In this document: piece after piece, positions 25,880 through 35,623 of the stretch | Numbering within the stretch: the stretch's first letter is position 1 | Layout: every line of letters begins with the position of its first letter | Source of the DNA: an uncultured Pseudomonadota bacterium | GTDB lineage: Bacteria; Myxococcota_A; Bradymonadia; Bradymonadales; GCA-2716585 | NCBI GenBank assembly: GCA_937890335.1 | Contig: CALBXO010000741.1 | Location: 1 to 51,251 of the forward strand | Direction of reading: 5' to 3' | DNA length: 51,251 bases | Notes under the pieces: generated by a model | Databases searched by the model: none | What the model saw: only the letters and a program-made list of their open reading frames with translations | Told to the model about the DNA's origin: nothing | Position numbers and translations under genes: made by a program

Positions 25880-27208
25880 ATGTCCACGAACTTCCAAAGC
25901 AGTGTTCTGCGCGAGCTCGCCTGGCGCGACCGCATTGATGCCACGACCCATACCGAGCTCGATGAGCTGCTCGGCAAGGAGTCCGTGGTGCTCTACGCCG
26001 GGTTCGATCCCACGGCGGACTCCCTGCACATCGGCAACCTGGTCGTCATGATGGGCCTGGCGTTCTACCAGCGCCACGGGCACAAGCCCCTGATGATCGC
26101 CGGCGGCGCCACCGGACGCATTGGCGACCCCTCGGGCAAGGCCACCGAGCGCGAGCTGATGAGTGTCGAGAAGATCGAGCACAACATCGCGTGCCACAGC
26201 GCGCAGCTGCGCACCATCCTCGACCGCGCCGTGCACATGCACCCTGAGAACCTGGGGGACGGCGCAGGCGAGGCGTGGGACACGCCGGTACTCAACAACT
26301 ACGACTGGCTGCGGGACTGGACCTTCCTCGACTTCCTTCGGGACATCGGAAAGCACTTCCGCGTCAACACGATGATCGCCAAGGACTCCGTCAAGAACAG
26401 ACTGACCGAACGGGAGCAGGGCCTGAGCTTCACCGAGTTCAGCTACATGCTCATCCAGGGCTTTGATTTCTACCACCTGCGCGAGCACCACAGCTGCCAG
26501 CTCCAGATTGGCGGCAGCGACCAATGGGGCAACATCACGGCGGGCACAGAGCTCATCCGCCGCAAGATGGGCGTCCCGGCTTTTGGCATGACCATGCCGC
26601 TGCTGCTCGACAGCGCCGGCAACAAATTTGGCAAGACCGCCGCCGGCGCCATCTGGCTCGACCCAGCCCGCACGAGCCCCTACGCGTTCTACCAGTACTG
26701 GATCAACCGCGACGACGCAGACGTGGAGAAGCTGTTCAAGACGTTCACGTTCCTGTCTCAAGACGAGATCACGGCGCTCTGCGCGCAGATCGAGGACGGC
26801 AGCAACCGCGGCCAGGTCCAGCAGCGGCTCGCCTACGAGATTACCTGGCTCGTGCACGGCAAGGACGAGGCAGACATGGCGGTGCGGGCCAGCCGGATGC
26901 TCTTCGGCGAGCGCATTGAAGGCCTGGACGACAAGGCCCTGGCGAGCCTGTTCGCCGAGGTGCCGAGCGCCGAAGTTTCCCGGGACGCGCTGGCGGCTGG
27001 AATCAACATCCTCGACCTCCTCGTGGACACCGGTCTGCAACCCTCCAAGGGGGCCGCGCGCCGGCTCGTGCAGCAGGGAGGCGGCTACGTGAACAATGAG
27101 CGCGTCGACGCCGACACCACCGTCACGCACGACCACCTCGCCAGCGAGTCCATGCTCGTCCTTCGCGCGGGCAAGAAGAAGTATCTCGTCGTAAAGACCG
27201 TGGGATGA
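25880..27208 (+). CDS. tyrS: Tyrosine--tRNA ligase
   Basis: I take the start at ATG 25880 (MSTNFQSSVLRELAWRD). The HIGH motif is DSLHIGNLV and the KMSKS-type motif is NKFGKTA. A C-terminal S4-like domain is present. Confidence 0.95.
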   Translation: MSTNFQSSVLRELAWRDRIDATTHTELDELLGKESVVLYAGFDPTADSLHIGNLVVMMGLAFYQRHGHKPLMIAGGATGRIGDPSGKATERELMSVEKIEHNIACHSAQLRTILDRAVHMHPENLGDGAGEAWDTPVLNNYDWLRDWTFLDFLRDIGKHFRVNTMIAKDSVKNRLTEREQGLSFTEFSYMLIQGFDFYHLREHHSCQLQIGGSDQWGNITAGTELIRRKMGVPAFGMTMPLLLDSAGNKFGKTAAGAIWLDPARTSPYAFYQYWINRDDADVEKLFKTFTFLSQDEITALCAQIEDGSNRGQVQQRLAYEITWLVHGKDEADMAVRASRMLFGERIEGLDDKALASLFAEVPSAEVSRDALAAGINILDLLVDTGLQPSKGAARRLVQQGGGYVNNERVDADTTVTHDHLASESMLVLRAGKKKYLVVKTVG

Positions 27209-28680
27209 CGCCGCACGCAGCAGCGGCGTGGGCCAGATGCGCAGCGGTCCTGGCGCTCGCCGGGACCCTCGCCGGGTGTCCGGTTGGGCAGCGGGTGGAG
27301 GACCGGCAGGCGTCGGTCATGCCGGCGATCGTCTCCTACAAGGTGCAGGTCCGACCGCGGTCCGTGGCGGTCGTCATGGACGTGCGGCGGCCCCAGTCCG
27401 GCGACCTCGTCGTGGCGCTGCGCGACGGCAGCGACACCTGGACGCGCATCTACGACATCCAAGCCCGCGCCGGGGAAGAAATCCTGGAGGTCGTCGCGAC
27501 CGACGATCCCGGTCACTGGCGCGTCCGAGGCGCCAACTCTCGCCGCATCAGCATCCGCTACCTGCTCGTCGCCGAGGATCATGCGCGGGTCTACACGGGC
27601 GACACAGCATTTCTGGCGTATGGGCGCTCCCTGCTGCTGACACCGGTCGGCGCCGCCAGGGAGGCCACCGACGAGGTGTGGATCGAGGTTGAGGCCGGCG
27701 ACTGGCCCGTGGCCACCGGATGGGGCAGGCCCGACGCCAGCTTCAAGAGCTACGACGCCGTCGTCGACGCCGTGCTGCTGGCCGGTGACTGGAAGTTGAC
27801 GGACCTCTCGCTCGATGGCGTCAGAGTGGGTATCGCCATCCGGGGACCGTGGGCCACGGACTCGGGCGCTGTCACCGGCATTCGGGGGCTGCTCCGCGCC
27901 ATCGCCGAGTCCCAGACGCGTGTGTTTGGACGCTACCCGTCGGAGTCACTGCTCCTGGTGGTGCTGCCCGAGGAGACGACCACGCTGATCGCAGGGCCCA
28001 GATCGCTGGTGCTGCGGTGCCCCCAGGACGAGCAGCCGGAGAAGGATCTGGAGCTGGCATTGCAGATCGCCGAGGCACATTTCCGCCTGTGGAATGGCAC
28101 GCGGTTCTCGGCGCGCCAGTCCGATACGGCGCCGTTCCGGCAGGGACACGCCGCCTGGTTCACGGAAGGCGCCAGCGCGTGGTACGGGCTGCGTACCGCC
28201 TACGAAGTCGGGCTCTTGTCCGCAGACCAACTGCTCGCCATGCTCAACGTGTGGATTGCCGCGTACTCGGCCCATCCGGACGCGACCCAAGCCACCATGG
28301 GGGACTTTGAGACACGCTATCGCCAGGACCCGGGCATCGCACAGCTCGCCCGCCTCAAGGGCGCACTGCTCGTGGCGCTGATGGACATCGAGCTACGGGC
28401 AGACAGTGGCGGCGCGCGCAGCTTCGACCTCGTCATGCGGCAGGTCGCCTTTGACTTCACCGGGGCCAAGCTGGGCTACACCACCAAGGACATCCAGAAG
28501 ATCGTTGTCGGCGTGGGGGGTGCCAAATGGGAGACCTTTTTCACCCAGCACGTCGTCGGGCGCGAGCCCCTCCCCCTGACCCGTCTGGACCGGGGAGGGC
28601 TGATCGTCCTGCGCGGCGAGGACGGCGTCCCAAAAGTCACGCAGGCCACCGAGCTCTTCCAGGACTGGTTCCGCCCATGA
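27205..28680 (+). CDS. Lipoprotein, peptidase-M61-like with a degenerate active site (pseudo-peptidase)
   Basis: The lipobox is LAGTLAGC. The layout ...IAEAHFRLWNGTRF...WFTEGASAWYGLRTAYEVGLLSADQLL parallels M61 HEFFHxWN...WFSEG.t.YY, but both His residues of HExxH are replaced. The ATG overlaps the tyrS stop (ATGA). Confidence 0.6.
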   Translation: MTPHAAAAWARCAAVLALAGTLAGCPVGQRVEDRQASVMPAIVSYKVQVRPRSVAVVMDVRRPQSGDLVVALRDGSDTWTRIYDIQARAGEEILEVVATDDPGHWRVRGANSRRISIRYLLVAEDHARVYTGDTAFLAYGRSLLLTPVGAAREATDEVWIEVEAGDWPVATGWGRPDASFKSYDAVVDAVLLAGDWKLTDLSLDGVRVGIAIRGPWATDSGAVTGIRGLLRAIAESQTRVFGRYPSESLLLVVLPEETTTLIAGPRSLVLRCPQDEQPEKDLELALQIAEAHFRLWNGTRFSARQSDTAPFRQGHAAWFTEGASAWYGLRTAYEVGLLSADQLLAMLNVWIAAYSAHPDATQATMGDFETRYRQDPGIAQLARLKGALLVALMDIELRADSGGARSFDLVMRQVAFDFTGAKLGYTTKDIQKIVVGVGGAKWETFFTQHVVGREPLPLTRLDRGGLIVLRGEDGVPKVTQATELFQDWFRP

Positions 28681-29588
28681 CGTGTCGCTGCGCACCACGA
28701 TCCACCCGAATACCGTGGGCGATGGTACAAGTCCTGGCCGTCGGGTTGGCCCTCTGCTCCGTGGCCGCAACCGCCGTCGCCGGCGAACCCATCGTTCGGC
28801 ACCATGTACTCCAGAGCGCCGCGCTCGGACCCCAGAACGTGGTCCTCGTCCTGCCCCCAGACTACGACAGCTCGTCCACAAGGTACCCCACGGTGCTCGC
28901 CATGGCCGGGCTCGGCGAGTCTGTCAGGGGCAACAAGGCCGGCGCCTATGGCTGGGTGGAGAAGTACGGCGTCGTGCCGGCGATGGCCGCACTTCACCGC
29001 GGCAGATTGACGCGTGCGGACTTTCAAGACCTCGTCACGGACGAGGCGCTCGCCCGCTACAACGCAGCGCTCGCCAAAGAGCCGTACCGCGGCGTCATCC
29101 TGGTCTGTCCCTACCCCCCCAATCTGAACAAGGGGATCCGGCAGCTCGACGGCTACGAGCGGTTCTGGTTCGATGAGCTCATGCCGTGGGTGGATGCGGA
29201 GTTCCGCACCACGTCTACATGGGGCATCGGCGGCATCTCGCTCGGCGGTCTGACCGCCACGCACGTGGGCTTTGGCAACCCCGGCAAGTTCGCCGCGATC
29301 AGCAGCCAACAAGCATCTGTGACCCGCTCCAGGCCACGGCTGGTCAAGCGCGCCGAGGCCCACCTGGAAGCGCTCAAGTCCACCCGCCTCAACATCGCCA
29401 CCAGCCACCGTGACGGCTACCGCAAGGCGCTGACGCAATTTCACGAGGACCTCCTGCGCATCGGTCTGCCGCACCGGTTCGTCATCTTGCAAGGCGCGCA
29501 CAACAAGCCATTCGTGAAGGGTCCAGGGAGCCTGGAAATCCTCCTCTTCCACGACCGCGCGCTGCGCGGCTCGGATGTGCTCCCGTGA
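28677..29588 (+). CDS. Secreted alpha/beta-hydrolase, esterase family (esterase D/enterochelin-esterase-like)
   Basis: I take the start at ATG 28677, which overlaps the upstream TGA. The signal-like N-terminus is MVQVLAVGLALCSVAATAVAG. The nucleophile elbow is GISLGG, and YPTVLAMAGLGES resembles the family's N-terminal block. Confidence 0.6.
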   Translation: MTCRCAPRSTRIPWAMVQVLAVGLALCSVAATAVAGEPIVRHHVLQSAALGPQNVVLVLPPDYDSSSTRYPTVLAMAGLGESVRGNKAGAYGWVEKYGVVPAMAALHRGRLTRADFQDLVTDEALARYNAALAKEPYRGVILVCPYPPNLNKGIRQLDGYERFWFDELMPWVDAEFRTTSTWGIGGISLGGLTATHVGFGNPGKFAAISSQQASVTRSRPRLVKRAEAHLEALKSTRLNIATSHRDGYRKALTQFHEDLLRIGLPHRFVILQGAHNKPFVKGPGSLEILLFHDRALRGSDVLP

Positions 29589-30199
29589 CCGACTCCTACG
29601 AGGTTCCCGACGCGGAACTGGTGGAGGAGATCCCCAAAATCAAGGGCTCGCGCTTCCTCGCATCGGTGGCGCCTGTGGACAGCGAAGCGGAGGCCGCGGA
29701 GCACCTCGAACGCGCCCGCAAAGCGGAACACGCCGCCCGACACCATTGTTGGGCGTACCGACTGGGTCCCGCGGGGGACGTGACGCGCTCCAGCGACGCG
29801 GGCGAGCCGTCTGGCTCGGCGGGCAAGCCGATTCTGGCCGCCATCGAGGGACGCGGACTGACCAACGTCAGTGTCGTCGTCACGCGGTACTTTGGCGGCA
29901 CCAAGCTCGGCGTGGGCGGCCTGGTCCGCGCCTACGGCGACGCCGCCGCAGCCGCCCTGGCGCAGGTACCCACGCGGGTCATCGTGCCCACGAGAATCGT
30001 GGACATCAGCGTGCCGTACGACCAGCTCGGGACCCTGGAGACGATCGTCGCCCGCGAAGGTGTTGAGCGCCCGGAGGGCGTGTATGGCGACTTCGTGACG
30101 TTTGCCTTCGAGATCCCCGTGGCAGACGCGCAAGGGTTCGCCGCCCGCGTCTTCGACGCGAGCAGCGGGCGAATTCAGGCGGAGGTTCGGGAAAAGTAG
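29585..30199 (+). CDS. yigZ: IMPACT/YigZ family protein
   Basis: The GTG start overlaps the upstream TGA (GTGA). The motifs are IKGSRFLA, HHCWAYRL, SSDAGEPSGSAGKPIL and VVVTRYFGGTKLG. Confidence 0.85.
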   Translation: MTDSYEVPDAELVEEIPKIKGSRFLASVAPVDSEAEAAEHLERARKAEHAARHHCWAYRLGPAGDVTRSSDAGEPSGSAGKPILAAIEGRGLTNVSVVVTRYFGGTKLGVGGLVRAYGDAAAAALAQVPTRVIVPTRIVDISVPYDQLGTLETIVAREGVERPEGVYGDFVTFAFEIPVADAQGFAARVFDASSGRIQAEVREK

Positions 30200-30220
30200 T
30201 GGCGGGCGGAACACTGGTGC

Positions 30221-30239
30221 CCCGGCCACTGCGGCCGGG
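30221..30239. terminator. GC hairpin between the convergent yigZ and rny genes (possible bidirectional terminator)
   Basis: CCCGGCC (30221-30227) pairs with GGCCGGG (30233-30239) around a 5-nt loop ACTGC. There is no U-tract, so intrinsic-terminator status is uncertain. Confidence 0.3.
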
Positions 30240-30259
30240 AACCGAGCGCTGTGTCCGTC

Positions 30260-31876
30260 CTATCGGGCGTAGTCGACCGCGCGGGTCTCGCGGATCACGC
30301 AGACCTTGACCTGACCTGGGTAGGTCATCTCCTGCTCGATCTTGCGGGCGATGTCCTTGCTCAGGACGAAGGCCTGGTCGTCGGACACGTCCTGGTGCGC
30401 GACCATCACGCGAATCTCGCGGCCAGCCTGGATGGCGTACGATTTCTCGACACCCTCAAAGCTGCTGGAGATGCGCTCCAGGTCCTCGAGGCGTCGAACG
30501 TAGGACTCGAGAATCTCGCGCCGTGCACCCGGTCGAGCGCCGGACAGCGCGTCGCCAGCCATAACCAGGTGGGCGTAGACCGACAGCTGGGGGACGTCGT
30601 CATGGTGGGCAGCCACCGCGTTGACGACGATGTCGTCCTCGCCAAACTTCTTGCAGAAATCACCGCCGATGAGCGCGTGGCTTCCCTCCATCTCATGCGT
30701 GAGCGCCTTGCCGATGTCGTGCAGGAGACCCGCGCGGCGAGCCACCTTGACCTTGAGGCCCAGCTCCGACGCCATCAGACCACATAGGAAGCCCACCTCA
30801 ATGGAGTGCGACCACATGTTCTGTCCGTAACTGGTCCGGTACCGCAGGCGCCCAATGAGGTTGAGCAGCTCCTTGTGGATGCCGTGAAGGCCGAGTTCGA
30901 AAGCCGCCTTCTGCCCGGCCTCGGCGATGCGCTTGTCCACCTCCTTGGTGGTCTTCTCCACAATCTCCTCCACGCGTGAGGGGTGGATGCGACCGTCGGA
31001 GATGAGCTTCTCCAGGGTGATGCGGGCGATCTCGCGGCGAACCGGGTCAAAGCAGCTGATGAGGATGGCCTCGGGCGTGTCATCAATGATGAGATTGACG
31101 CCGGTGGCCGCCTCGATGGCGCGGATGTTGCGCCCTTCGCGGCCGATGATGCGGCCCTTGAGGTCGTCGCTGGGCAGCTGCACCACCTTGACGGTGCGCT
31201 CGGTCACATAATCGCCGGCGTACCTCTGGATGGCGATGCCGATGACACGCTTGGCGCGCCGCTCCGCCTCCGCGGTGGCCTCTTCTTCGATGCGCTTGAC
31301 CTGCTTTGCGGCGTCGATCTTCGCTTGCCCACCGATCTGCTCCAGGAGCTGCTCTTTGGCCTGCTCCGCGGTCAGACCCGCGACGTTGGCCAACTTGACC
31401 TCGGCCTCCTTGAGGACGCCGTCAATCTTGCCCTCCTTCTTGTCCAGTTGTGCGACACGGGCAACGAGTTTCTCCTCCTTCTTCCCGATCTCCGTCTCGC
31501 GATCGTCGAGCTTGCTGGCCCGGCGGTCGGCATTGTCGTCGCGCTTGTCCAGCGCCGACTCCCGTTGTGCGATCTTGCTCTCGCGACCGTCAAACCGCTC
31601 CTCGGCTTTGACCAGCTCCTGGCGCCGCTCTCGCAGCTCCTTCTCCGCAGCCTCCTGTTGGGCGAGCAGAGCCTCTTTGGCGGTGAGTTCAGCCTGCTTG
31701 GTGATTGCGGACGCATCGTCACGCGCGGCGTTGAGCAGGCGCTGTGCCTCCTTCTCAGCGGCCTCTTTGGCCGCCTCTCCGTCCTCGCGTGCGCGCTTGG
31801 CGCCCATCATGAAGCCGCCGAACGCGCCGGCTATGACTCCTACCAAGAGACCGATTACGCCTATGGCGAATTCCAT
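30260..31876 (-). CDS. rny: Ribonuclease Y
   Basis: It has an N-terminal TM helix (MEFAIGVIGLLVGVIAGAFGGF) and a long charged coiled-coil. The KH domain is GRIIGREGRNIRAIEAATGV and the HD domain is LLHDIGK...HH. The protein is 538 aa. Confidence 0.95.
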   Translation of the reverse strand: MEFAIGVIGLLVGVIAGAFGGFMMGAKRAREDGEAAKEAAEKEAQRLLNAARDDASAITKQAELTAKEALLAQQEAAEKELRERRQELVKAEERFDGRESKIAQRESALDKRDDNADRRASKLDDRETEIGKKEEKLVARVAQLDKKEGKIDGVLKEAEVKLANVAGLTAEQAKEQLLEQIGGQAKIDAAKQVKRIEEEATAEAERRAKRVIGIAIQRYAGDYVTERTVKVVQLPSDDLKGRIIGREGRNIRAIEAATGVNLIIDDTPEAILISCFDPVRREIARITLEKLISDGRIHPSRVEEIVEKTTKEVDKRIAEAGQKAAFELGLHGIHKELLNLIGRLRYRTSYGQNMWSHSIEVGFLCGLMASELGLKVKVARRAGLLHDIGKALTHEMEGSHALIGGDFCKKFGEDDIVVNAVAAHHDDVPQLSVYAHLVMAGDALSGARPGARREILESYVRRLEDLERISSSFEGVEKSYAIQAGREIRVMVAHQDVSDDQAFVLSKDIARKIEQEMTYPGQVKVCVIRETRAVDYAR

Positions 31877-31956
31877 CGGTTCCTCCCTGCGGGGGTATAG
31901 GGTCGCTTCGGCCGCCCCCCTGGTGCGTCCGGACCCAGTAAGCGAGGGCGTGCGGC

Positions 31957-32550
31957 TCAGAAGGCCAGCGACACCCCCGACGGTGTAAGCACGCGCGACA
32001 CCGGCCTGTCATGGGGCTCTCGGGGCAGCTCATCCACAAGCTGAAACGAGAACCCAACACCGACAGTCACAGCGCTCGCCGACAATTCGGCGAGTGCGCG
32101 ATCGTAGTAGCCCCCGCCCCATCCGAGGCGGTAGCCCTGGCGGTCGAAGGCCAGGGCCGGAACGACAACGAGATCCAGCTCGGCGATGGGAACTTCGGGG
32201 CCGGTGGCCTCGAGGATGCCGAATACGCCGGGCATGAGCGTCGAGCGGACCGAGGCCGCCGTGGCTCCTGGAGGGGTAGGAATCCCGTGGAAAGTCAGGT
32301 GTCGCGGTTGGCGGTGCGTGCGCGGAAGCACAAAGCGCTTTCCAGCCGCCGCGGGCTCGTTGAGTACGACCATCGGGTCGATCTCCCCGCGGAACGCGCA
32401 GAAAAGCGCGACCGTGGTCGCCGCCTCAAACTCCGCCAGCGCTGCCAATCGTCCAGCCAGCAAGACGCTGGCCTGGACAGCTTCCTGCGCTGTCACCGCC
32501 TCTCGCCGCGTCCGCCACTGCGACCGCAGCCCGGCTTTCCCGGCTGACAT
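31957..32550 (-). CDS. 5-formyltetrahydrofolate cyclo-ligase
   Basis: The motifs are VALFCAFRGEIDP, VVVPALAFDRQGYRLGWGGGYYDR. I take the start at ATG 32548-32550 (MSAGKAGL...). The track ORF begins at a TTG at 32595, which would overlap zapA. Confidence 0.85.
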   Translation of the reverse strand: MSAGKAGLRSQWRTRREAVTAQEAVQASVLLAGRLAALAEFEAATTVALFCAFRGEIDPMVVLNEPAAAGKRFVLPRTHRQPRHLTFHGIPTPPGATAASVRSTLMPGVFGILEATGPEVPIAELDLVVVPALAFDRQGYRLGWGGGYYDRALAELSASAVTVGVGFSFQLVDELPREPHDRPVSRVLTPSGVSLAF

Positions 32551-32591
32551 GTCCTGACTCCTGCCCGACGGGACCGCCAGGTCAGGGAAGG

Positions 32592-32903
32592 TCAACCGCG
32601 CGACGCTCCAGCGTCGCCGATCTCGTCATCGAGTACGTCGAGTAGGGATTGGGACCGACGCTGGACCTCCTCGGCCAGCGTTCGGTTCGCCTCCCGTTCC
32701 GCGAAAAGCTCGTCCGCAAGCTTGAGTGCGACGAGCAAACAGACCTTCGGCATGGGCGCGGCTGGTGCCGCGTCGCGAAGGGCTTCCACCTGAGAACCAA
32801 CGTATTCAGCCAGCTCCATGAGGGTCTCTTCGTCGCGATCGGTCTTCAGGCTGAGCTGATAACCGGCGACATTGAGGTTCACGGACCGCTTGCTCGATGC
32901 CAT
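32592..32903 (-). CDS. zapA: Cell division protein ZapA
   Basis: I take the start at the internal ATG 32901-32903 (MASSKRSVNLNVAGYQLSLKTDRDEETLMELAEYV...). The protein is about 103 aa with a typical ZapA N-terminal beta region followed by a coiled-coil. Its position next to the cyclo-ligase gene matches the known zapA-(ssrS)-ygfA synteny. Confidence 0.75.
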   Translation of the reverse strand: MASSKRSVNLNVAGYQLSLKTDRDEETLMELAEYVGSQVEALRDAAPAAPMPKVCLLVALKLADELFAEREANRTLAEEVQRRSQSLLDVLDDEIGDAGASRG

Positions 32904-33130
32904 GACGCTTCCTGACTTGGTGGGCACGAGGGGCTTCCCCTTCCTCGAAACACCTGAGCCAATTGCCCCAGGTGCTGTCGTGCCGGTTCGCGCCTGCGCG
33001 CGAACATGGACTACCGATGTCAACGTAGACGTCCGTGTAGGTGTGCGTCAACAAAGATCACCGACGAGCAACCTGTGGACCAGTCTGTCCGTGGTGGCGA
33101 CGCGGCCCGTGGTGTGAAACCGCGCCCCGG

Positions 33131-33532
33131 TCACGCCGCGTCCGTCGGCTCCCGGCTGCGGCCACGCGCGATGTGTTCGGCGACCAATCTGGGCAGCGCT
33201 CGGGTGTCAAATGGCTTGGCGACGTAGTCGTCACAGCCGGCATCCAGCGCCCTGGCGCGGTCGCTGGCCATGGCGTAGGCGGTCAACGCGATGATGATGA
33301 CGCTGTCCATGTCGTCCCGCTCGCGGAGAAGCCGGGTCAGGGTGAGGCCGTCCATGCCCGGCATTTGAACGTCCATCAGAATCACCTGCGGGACCCACTC
33401 GGAGAGCACCTCAAGGGCCTCGTCCGCGTTGTAGGCCACGCGAACTTCGTACCCGTGAACCTCCAGAAGAAAGTGCGCCAGCTTGGCGTTTGCCGGATGA
33501 TCGTCCACCACCAGAACTTGTGCGCCCGTCAT
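33131..33532 (-). CDS. Single-domain response regulator (CheY-like receiver)
   Basis: MTGAQVLVVDDHPANAKL...ILMDVQMPGMDGLTL...ALTAYAM...DDYVAKPF. The ATG overlaps the kinase stop (ATGA at 33529-33532). Confidence 0.9.
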   Translation of the reverse strand: MTGAQVLVVDDHPANAKLAHFLLEVHGYEVRVAYNADEALEVLSEWVPQVILMDVQMPGMDGLTLTRLLRERDDMDSVIIIALTAYAMASDRARALDAGCDDYVAKPFDTRALPRLVAEHIARGRSREPTDAA

Positions 33533-35519
33533 CGGTGTAGCCCTCCAGTCTCGCTCCACAGCGCCTTGAGTTGGGAGATGATTTCGCCGCCCGTTCCCCT
33601 GCCCTTTCGGACCACCGCCTGGGCGTTGCTCTGGAGCGTCTCCAGGTCCTCAGCGCTCAGATCCATCGCGGTCCACACGAGGACCGGGACCGATTCACAC
33701 CCGGGCACGGCCCTGAACCGCCGCAGGAACTCGAAACCGTCGACCCCCGGCATCATCAGGTCCAGAACCACGACGGTGGGGATCGCGTCGCGCACTGCGA
33801 CAAGCCCTGACTCCGCGCCCGCGTGGTAATTGCCCTGAAGACCCACTTGATCCAGATGGACCCGCATCGCCAACAAAGCGTTGGGGTCGTCGTCCACCAC
33901 GAGAACGTAGTTCGGGGTGGTGCGCTGGTTCGTCACCCCGGCCCTGGAAAGAGCCTCGACGAGCCGCTCGCGCTCCAGCGGCTTTCGCAGCACGTCCTGG
34001 ACTGCAAACCCTGCCCCAAGGTTGTCATCGGCCACCACGGACGTGACTATGACCGGCACCGCCTCATAATGGGGCTGCCCCCTCAGCTCACGCAGCACGT
34101 CGAGCCCGCTTCCGTCGGGGAGTAAAATGTCGAGCGTGACCGCGTCAAAACGACGCCGACGGGCCAACTCCAACGCCTGCGCCGCTGTGCTGGCCGTCTC
34201 GATCTCGTACCCCTCGCCAACGAGGATGGCGACAATGAAGTCGAGGTCGCGGGGGTCGTCCTCCACAACGAGAATTGCCGGCGCAGACGGACTTGCTCCC
34301 GGCACCACCCGCCGCGCCGGCAGGCTGCGACGGATCCGTGAAATCCGTGGCAGAACCGCGTAGAAAACGCTGCCCACTCCCGGCTCGCTGTGCACCCCCA
34401 CCGTGCCTCCCTGTGCCTCGACCAGGCGGCGGGTCAGCGCGAGGCCCAGACCCGTCCCGCCGTGCCGCTTGGTGGACCCGGCATCCAGCTGGTGGAACTC
34501 GGAAAACAGATGAGGAATGTCCTCGCTGGCAATGCCAACGCCCGGGTCTTCGACCTCCAACCGAAAGTAGCTCGCCCCCTCGGCCACCACACGCACGAGG
34601 ATCTCGCCCTCGCCGGGCGTGAACTTGAGCGCGTTTGCAAGGTAGTTGTAGAGCACCTGTTTGAACCGGGACCCATCGAGTACTACCTCGTCGACGTCGG
34701 GGTCGACGGACGTCGCAATGGATAGACCTCGCTCGCTGGCCCACAAAGAGAGCACGCCCAGAACTTCGTCGACGAGCTCGGTGACGCGCACGGGCCTTGG
34801 ATGGAAGTCCAGCTGGCCCGCGTCGACTTTGGACAGGTCGAGCACATCGTTGATCAGCTTGAGCAGGTGTTGGCCGCTCGCGAGAATGGCCTGCGTGAAT
34901 TCCGCGTAGCGCGGCGAGTCGGGGGAGACCAGTCCGTCGTGGAGAATCTCAGCAAAGCCATTGATTGCGTTGAGGGGCGTGCGCAGCTCGTGCGACATAT
35001 TGGCCAGGAACTGGCTCTTGAGCCGACTCGCGTCCTCAAATCGCTGTTTGTCCAGCTCGAGGCGATCGCCGCGCGAACGCTGCCGCTCAAACGCAGCCTG
35101 TTTGGCCTCGATGTAGGATTCGCCGAGGACGGACATCGCCCAGTCAAAATAGGCCCCATGTACAAGAGAACCCGTGACAGGCGATCGGGATCGTCGCTGT
35201 ACGCACCGACCATCAGCGGGGTGAGCACCTGCGAGACCGACCGGACCAGCCGGTACCAGGCGGCGTACTCCACACCGACGGCGGCGTACATCCCGCCCTG
35301 CTCGCAGAGATTCGTCTCGTAGGCCGACCAATCACCGCTGGCGATCGCGTCGTCCAGCCGCTGGCGACCCTCAAGGTTCTGCTGATCCAGGACCTCCTGG
35401 GGCATGGCCTCGATGATGGGCCCAAAGTGCGAATCGCTCCGGGCCGACGCCAGCGCCGCTGCATTGAGCGCGTCGTGGTTGGCCAGATAGACTCGCCAGA
35501 AATCATCCCGGCCGACCAT
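33529..35519 (-). pseudogene. Hybrid sensor histidine kinase (N-terminal helical sensor, HisKA, HATPase_c, REC, REC), split by a frameshift as written
   Basis: Frame B (33529-35331) carries the H-box NMSHELRTPLN, the ATPase G-box GGTGLGLALTRRLVEAQGG and two receivers (ILVVEDDPRD..., VLVVDDDPNAL...DLMMPGVDG). Its first 60 aa or so are Arg-rich junk. Frame A (34854-35519) gives a plausible N-terminal sensor (MVGRDDFWRVYLANHDALNAAAL...WYRLVRSVSQVLTPLMVGAYSDDPDRL), then degenerates. The two frames swap plausibility near 35150-35200. Confidence 0.7.
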
Positions 35520-35623
35520 GTCTTGCGACCCAGGCCACGACGAAAACTACCCATTCTTGCTCCTGCGCGACGCCCATTGTGCTGACGTGAAGCGCCACGC
35601 GTCCGAACCCTGGCCTTGTGAGG

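Noticed and set aside
32551-32591. 6S RNA (ssrS) in its classical position between zapA and the 5-formyl-THF cyclo-ligase gene
   Set aside because: Only about 41 nt separate the two genes here, or they overlap if the TTG start is used. That is far too short for an RNA of about 180 nt.
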